Shown here in pieces: positions 46,834 to 54,355 of a DNA stretch of 61,161 bases. Position 1 is the first letter of the stretch; every line of letters begins with the position of its first letter. The stretch comes from Bacillota bacterium (lineage in GTDB: Bacteria > Bacillota > Clostridia > Peptostreptococcales > Acidaminobacteraceae), in NCBI GenBank assembly GCA_030529605.1, contig JAUMWO010000001.1:1-61161 (forward strand). Direction: 5' to 3'. Under the pieces are notes generated by a model. That model was not told the DNA's origin and made no database searches. It saw nothing but the letters and a program-made list of their open reading frames with translations. The position numbers were made by a program, and so were the translations under genes.

Positions 46834-48183
46834 CTAAATCGCAATCGCTCCGATCACCACGGAGATCACGAGCATAATCAGCGTCACCGCAAAGGCCATC
46901 GGAATCGTCTTCTTCTGATGTTCACCAAACTCGACACCGGCGAGCCCGATCAGAAGGAAGGTGGAAGGGGTCAGCGGAGACACCGGGAAACCGGTCGTCA
47001 TCTGCCCGAGAATAGCGGCGCGACCGATCATGATCGCTTCCACACCAAAGCCGGAAGCGGTATTTCCGAGAACAGGCAACACACCGAAATAGAAGGAATC
47101 CGGATCAAAGAGCAGGGATGCCGGCATCGCAATCGCACCGGTGATCACCGGGAAATAGCGACCGAGCGAGACGGGGATGATGCTGACGAGCGCATCCGAC
47201 ATCGCGGTGATCATTCCGGTCCCTTTCATAATGCCGGTAAACGCTCCCGCTGCAAACAGAACGGACGCCATCATCAGAGCCGACTTCGCATGAGCATCGA
47301 TGCGCTCTTTTTGAAGTTTCGGTTGCGGATAGTTGACAAGCATCGCAAGCACAAAGGCCACCATGAAAATGACTTCCGGCTTGATCTTGAAATTTCCGCC
47401 GACGATCAGACCCGTGATGGTCAAGACGATCAGAAGCACATTGATCCAGAATCGATTTGGACGCAGCAGCGCCTGCTTCTCCGGAGAAAGCTCCTCTTCC
47501 GTCAGTTGGATCTTTCCGGCACTCGAGGCGCCAAGGCGTTTTTTCTCCGCTTTTCCGAGCAGGAAGGCAAACACGAGCACCGTGAGGAGTCCGCCGATGA
47601 CCGCCGGAAGCACCGGCATAAAAAGATTCATAACATCGATGTTGAACGCGGTCGCGGCACGAATCGTCGGGCCGCCCCAAGGCAGGATGTTCATTGTACC
47701 TGCGGAAAGCGCGACGATGGTAGCGAGCGTCGTTCGCTTCATGCCGACCGCATCATACACCGGAATCAAAGCAGGAACACAGATCAGGAAGGTGATGGCT
47801 CCGGAGCCGTCCAAGTGGATGATCATCGCCAAAATCGCCGTACCGAGAGCAATTTTGACCGGATCCGTACCGATCACTTTGAGGATGCCGCGGATGATCG
47901 GGCGGAAGGTTCCGGCATCCGTCAGAATACCGAAGAAGAGAATCGAGAAGATGAACATGACGCCCGTCGCAGCGACGGTTCCGACCCCTTTCGAAATCAT
48001 TCCGCCCAGAGCAACGACATTCGCCGCCGGGATAATATCACCCTTTTCATTCGGGAAAAAGAAGCAAGCGACCAAGCCGATCAAGATCGGAATCAAGATC
48101 AGAGCCACGGTCGGCGAGAGCTTCTTCGTCATAATCAGAAGAAGCACAAGCACTACAGTAAGAAAGCCAAGGATAGCCAGCAT
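46834..48183 (-). CDS. CitMHS-family citrate/tricarboxylate:cation symporter
   Basis: 449 aa and multi-pass, with a CitM/CitH-like N-terminus (MLAILGFLTVVLVLLLIMTKKLSPTVALILIPIL). SD AGGAGG. Confidence 0.8.
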   Translation of the reverse strand: MLAILGFLTVVLVLLLIMTKKLSPTVALILIPILIGLVACFFFPNEKGDIIPAANVVALGGMISKGVGTVAATGVMFIFSILFFGILTDAGTFRPIIRGILKVIGTDPVKIALGTAILAMIIHLDGSGAITFLICVPALIPVYDAVGMKRTTLATIVALSAGTMNILPWGGPTIRAATAFNIDVMNLFMPVLPAVIGGLLTVLVFAFLLGKAEKKRLGASSAGKIQLTEEELSPEKQALLRPNRFWINVLLIVLTITGLIVGGNFKIKPEVIFMVAFVLAMLVNYPQPKLQKERIDAHAKSALMMASVLFAAGAFTGIMKGTGMITAMSDALVSIIPVSLGRYFPVITGAIAMPASLLFDPDSFYFGVLPVLGNTASGFGVEAIMIGRAAILGQMTTGFPVSPLTPSTFLLIGLAGVEFGEHQKKTIPMAFAVTLIMLVISVVIGAIAI

Positions 48184-48216
48184 AAAAACCTCCTATTTGA
48201 GATACTTTATGCTTAC

Positions 48217-48231
48217 GCAAACAATGTGCCA
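48217..48231 (-). promoter_or_regulatory. Sigma-54 (-24/-12) promoter
   Basis: The minus strand reads TTGGCACATTGTTTGCG, which is TGGCAC-N5-TTGC with exact consensus spacing. The -12 GC lies 34 nt upstream of the CitMHS ATG. Confidence 0.75.
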
Positions 48232-48382
48232 AACCGAAAGACTCACCACGAGAAGTCAAAGAAATTGTGAAAAGATTCCCATTGCGGCAGCGCAGGGGGA
48301 TGGAACATGCTATCTGTGGAGAAACTGAGAACGACGCGTGTCCAAAATTCTAAAATTCGAGAACATTTCTAAAATCGCGGAA

Positions 48383-49741
48383 TTACGACTCCTCGGTTCC
48401 CGCCAGTTTTTTGTACAGACCGGAAAGGCTGATTCCGAGCTGTTGCGCCGTTTTGCGCTTACCGGAGACGCCACTGCCGTTTTCTTCGAGCAAACGGAGG
48501 ATTTCCGCCCGCTCAAAGCGACGGACGCGCTCCGCCAAAGTTCCCCGGGACGAAGAGTCAAAAGTCGGTTCCGCCAAGACTTGCCGCATTCCCGCCGGCA
48601 ACATCGACTCCCGAATCACACCGTCTTCGCTGAGATAAGAAAGAAATTCGAGCACATTGCGCAGTTCACGCGCATTTCCCGGCCAGGGATACGATCGCAT
48701 TGCGGACACAGCTTCGGGAGTCAACCGGATCGCGCGGCGACATCGCACGGAAAACTCGAGCAACAACCGGTGCGCCAACGGCTCGATGTCTTCGATGCGT
48801 TCGCGCAAAGGCGGAATCCGGATCGGGAATGCGTTCAGACGATAATAGAGATCCGCTCGGAAGCGTCCTTCACGCAGCGCTTGGCTCATGTCTACATTGG
48901 TAGAAGCGATGACGCGCACGTCGACCGCACGCTCTTCCACAGCACCGACCGGACGAATTTTGCGCTCCTGGAGCGCCCTCAAAATCTTTGCCTGCAGTCC
49001 CGGTTCGATCTCCGTGATCTCATCGAGGAACAGAGTACCTCCCGATGCCGCTTCGAACAGGCCGACCTTGCCGCCCTTTTTCGCCCCCGTAAACGCGCCT
49101 TCCACATAGCCGAAAAGCTCTGATTCCAAGGTACTGTGGTTGAAGGTAGCGCAGTTGATCGCGAGAAAGACTTGATCGCGCCGGTCGCCCGCATTGTGAA
49201 TCGCCTGCGCGTACAGTTCCTTGCCGGTACCGCTTTCGGATTGCAAAAAGACGGTCGCGTCCGTTGCGGCGGCACGCCGCGCCATCTCTTTCACCGCAAT
49301 CGAAGCGGGAGATTCCGCCACAATGTCGTCGAAGGTATACTTGGCGGATGCGGACGCGCGCGCAATCCGTCGGATCACGAGTTTCGAGTGTCGCAGTGCT
49401 TCGTCGATCGCCGCCTTCAAATCCTCCGCCTGCTGAAAAAATGTGACCACGGAGAGTCCTGCAACGATCTCGCCCCCTCGGCGAATCGGATACATGTTGA
49501 CAAAATAAAGATCCGACCCTTCGCGGCGCGGGACACGCAGAACCGCTTTTCCGCTTTTCAGCACATCCGGCAGCATCGCCCCGGCGCGAATTTCACGCAA
49601 TGTCTGACCGACGAGCTGGTCCAGCGGGCGCTTTAAAAACGAGCAATAGGCGTCGTTGGCATACAAAATCACGCCCTCCGTATCGATCAATAAAATTCCT
49701 TCTTCCATCGCATCGAAGATGATGCGCACTTGGTCGGTCAT
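48383..49741 (-). CDS. Sigma-54-dependent transcriptional activator (PAS + AAA+ + Fis-type HTH)
   Basis: Walker A SESGTGKE, GAFTGA loop (EGAFTGAKKGG), and C-terminal HTH TAQQLGISLSGLYKKL. Trimmed to the ATG at 49741 (MTDQVRIIFDAMEEGILLID starts the PAS domain). The track ORF extends 204 codons further, across the divergent pirin promoter and gene. Confidence 0.88.
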   Translation of the reverse strand: MTDQVRIIFDAMEEGILLIDTEGVILYANDAYCSFLKRPLDQLVGQTLREIRAGAMLPDVLKSGKAVLRVPRREGSDLYFVNMYPIRRGGEIVAGLSVVTFFQQAEDLKAAIDEALRHSKLVIRRIARASASAKYTFDDIVAESPASIAVKEMARRAAATDATVFLQSESGTGKELYAQAIHNAGDRRDQVFLAINCATFNHSTLESELFGYVEGAFTGAKKGGKVGLFEAASGGTLFLDEITEIEPGLQAKILRALQERKIRPVGAVEERAVDVRVIASTNVDMSQALREGRFRADLYYRLNAFPIRIPPLRERIEDIEPLAHRLLLEFSVRCRRAIRLTPEAVSAMRSYPWPGNARELRNVLEFLSYLSEDGVIRESMLPAGMRQVLAEPTFDSSSRGTLAERVRRFERAEILRLLEENGSGVSGKRKTAQQLGISLSGLYKKLAGTEES

Positions 49742-49871
49742 TTCAAAACTCAAACTCTCCACCTCGCAGTCCTGACCGGAGCGCTCCCATTGGATCGACT
49801 GCCCGGGCGCTCCCCTTTTATTATAGTGCCCAATCGCCCGTCGCGCCACTGCGGTATTCTTGACGCGCAAG

Positions 49872-49885
49872 GTCATGCGCATGAC
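49872..49885. promoter_or_regulatory. Perfect 14-bp palindrome in the activator/pirin divergent intergenic region (candidate operator)
   Basis: GTCATGCGCATGAC lies 12 nt upstream of an extended -10 element, TGGTATAAT (49895-49903), that faces pirin. Confidence 0.35.
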
Positions 49886-49936
49886 TTTCTCTTCTGGTAT
49901 AATCGGAATGAGCGCCTTAGCGCGATAGGAGGGCAT

Positions 49937-50965
49937 ATGCCATCGTTTCGACCGATAGAGACAATCATCCGCGACGTCCCCCCGTACTGGGTGGGCAACG
50001 GATTCTATGTCCGACAATATTTTCCGACGAAGCGCATCGAAAACTTTTTTCAGCGCTTCTCTCCTTTTCTCGTGATGGACTACGGCGCGCCGACGCATTT
50101 CAAAGGCACGGATCGCCCTGCAGGCATCGGACCGCACCCACATCGCGGGATCGCCACCGTCACCTTCGCCTTCGAAGGCTCGATCGAGCACGGCGACAAC
50201 CAGGGCAACCGCGGCGTCATCCATCCCGGTGACATCCAGTGGATGACCGCCGGCGACGGGATCCTCCACAAAGAGTATCACGAGCCCGAATACGCCAAGA
50301 ACGACCGAATCCTTCATATGATCCAGCTCTGGGTCGACCTGCCGACGCCGCACAAACGCACCGCACCGACCTACCAGGCGATCACAGCGGATCAGATGGG
50401 CAAGCGCGTGCTCGCAAACGGCGCCGAGGTAATCGTTTACGCCGGAGAAGCCTTCGGCACGACCGGGCCGGCCGCGACCTTCTCACCGATGAACATCTAC
50501 AAGATTCGCCTCAGCAAGGGACAGAGCGTCACGCTCCGCGAACCGGCGGGCTACAACACCGGCGCCCTCGTGATCGCAGGCTCCGCGCTCGTCAATCCGG
50601 CGACGCTCGGTGAATCCGATGCCGAGACGGCGACCGAGGTGACCGCTCACGCCGGGCGCGACGCCTGCCACCATACGTCCGCAGCGAGCGCGTCCCCGAC
50701 GGCGAAGGTTTGCCGGGATGCCGAGACGGCGGATCGATCGCACCACACCCGCGCTCTGGCGCACGACTTTATGCTGTTCTCCAATGCCGGCGAAGAGATC
50801 CTCTTCGTGTGCGAGGACGAGAGCGCGGAGATCGTCGTCTTGAGCGGACAGCCGCTCAACCAACCGGTTGCGGCACAGGGACCATTCGTGATGAACACGC
50901 AAGCCGAACTCCTCGAAGCGCACCGAGACTATCAGGAAGGTCGCTTCGGAAGCCATGTTTTCTAA
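49937..50965 (+). CDS. Pirin-family bicupin protein
   Basis: Trimmed to the ATG at 49937 (SD AGGAGGG). Motif HPHRGIATVTFAFEGSIEHGDNQGNRGVIHPGDIQWMTAGDGILHKE. Confidence 0.85.
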   Translation: MPSFRPIETIIRDVPPYWVGNGFYVRQYFPTKRIENFFQRFSPFLVMDYGAPTHFKGTDRPAGIGPHPHRGIATVTFAFEGSIEHGDNQGNRGVIHPGDIQWMTAGDGILHKEYHEPEYAKNDRILHMIQLWVDLPTPHKRTAPTYQAITADQMGKRVLANGAEVIVYAGEAFGTTGPAATFSPMNIYKIRLSKGQSVTLREPAGYNTGALVIAGSALVNPATLGESDAETATEVTAHAGRDACHHTSAASASPTAKVCRDAETADRSHHTRALAHDFMLFSNAGEEILFVCEDESAEIVVLSGQPLNQPVAAQGPFVMNTQAELLEAHRDYQEGRFGSHVF

Positions 50966-51672
50966 TGGTGCGCCTCTTACTGATTCGCCACGGCGAATCC
51001 GAATCCGATCTGCTCCATGTCCATGAGGGACGTGCCGATTTTTCGCTGACGCCCCGCGGTCTGCAGCAGGCAAAGGCGCTCGCGACCTATGTCGCGACCC
51101 ATTACCAAGTCGATCGCATCTATACCAGTCCGCTCCGGAGAGCGGCACAGACCGCGGCGTTGTTGCACGAAGCGACCGGCGCTCCGCAGTATGTCGACGA
51201 CGATCTGATGGAATTCGACAACGGACTGCTTGCCGGTCTGCCCTTTGCCGAAGCCGCGGTACGCTACCCGAAGCCCGACGCACTCCCGCTCCATGCCTCC
51301 ACGCATGGACAGGAGTCTCGACTCGCCTTTCGCTACCGAGCGGAGCGCGCACTCTCCAAGATCTTGTCCGACGCGGGCGAGCCTCTCGGTGAGGCGAAGC
51401 GCACGGCGGCCGCGGCCGGCGAACCGGGGTCGAACAGCGCGCCGGAGCAGGCCGAGAGCAAGCGGGATCGTACTGTCGCGATCGTTTCGCACGGCGGGAT
51501 GATCAACCGCATGTACCACTGCTTTCTGCGGCTACCCGTCGATACCGATCTCCTGTTTCCGACCGCGGATACCGGACTGCACGAATGGACGATCGCCGAG
51601 GGAGCACGCCGCATCGTACGCGCCAATTATCACGACCACACGCAAACTTTATCTCATACGGAGACCCCATGA
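50965..51672 (+). CDS. Histidine phosphatase family protein (phosphoglycerate-mutase-like)
   Basis: The ATG at 50965 overlaps the pirin stop (TAATG). RHGES motif (LLLIRHGESESD), with SHGG later in the sequence. Confidence 0.85.
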   Translation: MVRLLLIRHGESESDLLHVHEGRADFSLTPRGLQQAKALATYVATHYQVDRIYTSPLRRAAQTAALLHEATGAPQYVDDDLMEFDNGLLAGLPFAEAAVRYPKPDALPLHASTHGQESRLAFRYRAERALSKILSDAGEPLGEAKRTAAAAGEPGSNSAPEQAESKRDRTVAIVSHGGMINRMYHCFLRLPVDTDLLFPTADTGLHEWTIAEGARRIVRANYHDHTQTLSHTETP

Positions 51673-52388
51673 TGAACGAAATGTCGAGCGCACCGATTCT
51701 ATCGATCCAGCATCTCTTCAAATCCTACGGACCCAAACCCGCGCTGTCGGATCTCAATCTGCAGATCAACGCGCCGCGCATCATCGGATTGCTCGGACCC
51801 AACGGTTCCGGCAAAACGACCCTCTTCAAATTGATCGCCGGGTTGCAGCAACCGACCTCCGGCACCATCCAAGTTTGCGGCGAACCCGTCGGGGCCAAAA
51901 GCCGCGCGCTGACCTCTTATCTGCCGGACAAGATGCATCTCAACCCGGGTCACACGGTAAGGCAGCACATCGATTTTTTTGCCGACTTCTTTGACGATTT
52001 CGATCGCCAACGTGCGGAAGATCTCGCGCATTCGCTCCGACTCGAGCCGAACCAGGTCCTCAAAACCCTCTCAAAGGGTACGCAGGAACGCCTCCAACTC
52101 GTCCTCGCGATGGCGCGGCGCGCTCGACTGTATCTCCTCGACGAACCGATCGGAGGAGTCGATCCGGCGACACGCGATTTCATCCTCGACATCATTCGCT
52201 CCAATTATCTCGAATCCTCCGCATTGATCATCTCGACCCACCTCGTTTCCGATATCGAGCACATCTTCGACGACGTGCTCTTTCTGCATACAGGCAAAAT
52301 CCATCTCGCCGGCGCTGTGGACGATCTACGCAAACAACACGGCAAGACCATCGATCAATTGTTCCGGGAGGTTTTCCATGTTTATTAA
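51669..52388 (+). CDS. ABC transporter ATP-binding protein
   Basis: ATGA overlap with the upstream gene. Walker A GPNGSGKTT, signature LSKGTQERL and Walker B LYLLDEP. Confidence 0.9.
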   Translation: MMNEMSSAPILSIQHLFKSYGPKPALSDLNLQINAPRIIGLLGPNGSGKTTLFKLIAGLQQPTSGTIQVCGEPVGAKSRALTSYLPDKMHLNPGHTVRQHIDFFADFFDDFDRQRAEDLAHSLRLEPNQVLKTLSKGTQERLQLVLAMARRARLYLLDEPIGGVDPATRDFILDIIRSNYLESSALIISTHLVSDIEHIFDDVLFLHTGKIHLAGAVDDLRKQHGKTIDQLFREVFHVY

Positions 52389-53148
52389 GCTCCTCGTTCA
52401 CGAATTTCGCGCCACCGTACGCAACTTCCTTCCAATCTATGCTGCGATGCTCGCGGCGGGAGTGGTTCTGTACTTCTCCTATTTCTGGATTCAAAACGGC
52501 TGGCTGACGGCGTTTTCGATGGGGATGCTGCTCCTGACGATCTTTGCGCTCGCTTTCGTGACCCCGATCCTCTGCGGATTTCGCTTCTACCGCAGCCTGT
52601 ACAGCGAGCAGGGATACCTCTGGTTTTCTCTGCCGGTGACGCGCGCGACTCTTATGCACAGCAAATTGGTGATGGCCTTCTTTTGGGCGATCTTCGGCGC
52701 GATCTGCAGCTGGGCGATGTTCTACCTGCTGTATCTCATCGGTGTCGACAGGGACTTTTGGATCAGCCATCTGATGACTTGGTTCTTGAGTCTCAATCAT
52801 TCCTCGACCCTCTTCCTCATCACGGCACAAGCGATCTTGATCGCGATGACCTTTGTGACGGAGGTATATGCCTGCATCGCCGTGTCGCAGTCGACTTACA
52901 ACCAGAACAAACTGCTGGTCGGCATCGGGCTGTACATTACCTTTATGATCATTTCGAGCACCGTCGGACCGCTGATCATGGGACTGCTGATCCAACTGCC
53001 GCTCAGCCTTATGTTCCAAGCGAACAATCCGATTCTCAACATCATCGACAATGTCCTCATCGTCACGTTGATCGGCAAATTCATCGAATGCGGCATCTAC
53101 TACGCGATCGCTTGGTATTACTGCACCAAGAAACTCAACCTACAGTGA
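52378..53148 (+). CDS. ABC-2-type permease-like membrane protein
   Basis: 256 aa with about 6-7 TM helices. It overlaps the ATPase gene by 11 nt. I recognise no specific motif. Confidence 0.6.
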   Translation: MFIKLLVHEFRATVRNFLPIYAAMLAAGVVLYFSYFWIQNGWLTAFSMGMLLLTIFALAFVTPILCGFRFYRSLYSEQGYLWFSLPVTRATLMHSKLVMAFFWAIFGAICSWAMFYLLYLIGVDRDFWISHLMTWFLSLNHSSTLFLITAQAILIAMTFVTEVYACIAVSQSTYNQNKLLVGIGLYITFMIISSTVGPLIMGLLIQLPLSLMFQANNPILNIIDNVLIVTLIGKFIECGIYYAIAWYYCTKKLNLQ

Positions 53149-53155
53149 GGTCGCT

Positions 53156-54355
53156 ATGAAAACCTCCATCCCCGCGCTGAGCGTCCGCCCCATCTTCCAA
53201 GAGCTCGGAAGCCCCCTGTTGCTCCCCGAGTCCTTTGACCCGTCCTCTCGTAGCCTCGCGCTGGAATTGCCGGAGGGAAGCATCATCGACCTCGTCGACG
53301 GACGGGACAAGGGTCGTTTTGTGGCGCGCGCTTATCTCGGCAGGCAAAACAAAGGAATCGGCTGGGTGCTCACCGCCAACCCCAAAGAAGCGATCGACAC
53401 GACCTTTTTCCACAAAAAATTGCGCTCGGCTCTCGAAAAGCGACTGACCATACTGAAGAACCCAAAGACCACCGCATTCCGCGTATTCAACGGCGAAGGG
53501 GACGGCATCGGCGGACTCACCATCGACTACTACGACGAAAGTTATCTGATCACCTATTACAGCGAAGGCATCGCGTGCTATCATGACCGAATCCTCAGGG
53601 AACTCCTGCGTCTGACCGCACCGCGCACCGTGATTCGCAAACTCCGCTTCGGCGAACATAACCCGAGCGGAGAACTCGTCACCGGCTCGCCGGACGAAGC
53701 CCCGCGCCAAATCTTGGAGAACGGCGTATCTCTCTGCGTCGATCTGCTCGACGGCGCGATGACGGGAATCTTTCTCGACCAACGCGATGTGCGACGCGCC
53801 CTCCGCAATCGGTATGCCAAGGGCAGGCGCGTTCTCAATCTCTTTTCCTACAGCGGCGCCTTCTCCGTCTTTGCCGCCAAGGGAGGAGCAAGCACGACCC
53901 TCAGCGTCGATGCCGCACCGCGCTCCATCGCCCTCACCGAGGCCAATTTTGCCGCCAATCGCCTTCCCTTCGGCGACGGGACACCCAACACCATCCTCAT
54001 TGCCGACGTCTTCGACTACTTGGAGCAGGCCGCCAAATCTCTCGCTGCAAAATTCGATCTCATCGTGCTCGATCCGCCGAGCTTTTCGACCGTACACGGA
54101 AGAGTCTTTCGCTCCGAAAAGGATTATGCCGGCCTTGCAGCCCAATGCGCCCGCCTCCTGAGCAAGAACGGGATCCTGGTGCTCTCGACCAACAACGCGC
54201 AAATTCCCCTCGATAAATTCGAAAAAAAAATCGCCGAGGGCATCGGCTCACACCGCGTCCTCGAACGATTCGGACTCCCACAGGATTTCCGCACTCATTC
54301 CAAATACAAGGAAGGAGAATACCTAAAGGTATGGATGGTACAACCGGATGTATAA
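53156..54355 (+). CDS. Class I SAM-dependent RNA methyltransferase (RlmI/RlmK-like, PUA + MTase)
   Basis: SAM-binding LNLFSYSGAFSVFAAKGGA and motif IV VLDPPSF. Confidence 0.78.
   Translation: MKTSIPALSVRPIFQELGSPLLLPESFDPSSRSLALELPEGSIIDLVDGRDKGRFVARAYLGRQNKGIGWVLTANPKEAIDTTFFHKKLRSALEKRLTILKNPKTTAFRVFNGEGDGIGGLTIDYYDESYLITYYSEGIACYHDRILRELLRLTAPRTVIRKLRFGEHNPSGELVTGSPDEAPRQILENGVSLCVDLLDGAMTGIFLDQRDVRRALRNRYAKGRRVLNLFSYSGAFSVFAAKGGASTTLSVDAAPRSIALTEANFAANRLPFGDGTPNTILIADVFDYLEQAAKSLAAKFDLIVLDPPSFSTVHGRVFRSEKDYAGLAAQCARLLSKNGILVLSTNNAQIPLDKFEKKIAEGIGSHRVLERFGLPQDFRTHSKYKEGEYLKVWMVQPDV

Noticed and set aside
39509-48270. A series of long plus-strand ORFs: 39509-40921 (470 aa), 42019-43386 (455 aa), 43341-44753 (470 aa), 45386-46816 (476 aa) and 46918-48270 (450 aa).
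   Set aside because: Each mirrors a minus-strand gene with strong homology (sucD, cat2, abfD, DUF1446, CitMHS). The products are Arg/His/Asp-rich and show no SD or start context. They are antisense shadow ORFs and do not form a second gene layer.
48383-50353. The 656-aa version of the sigma-54 activator ORF. The same issue affects the long N-terminal extensions of cls (to 20363), 4hbD (to 42218), ferritin (to 32774), Hsp20 (to 35796), pyrE, purR, prs and others.
   Set aside because: The extensions are Arg/Ser-rich and overlap neighbouring genes or promoters. Internal ATG/GTG codons with good SD sequences coincide with the family N-termini, so I trimmed the starts. The track also treats TTG/GTG as Met.
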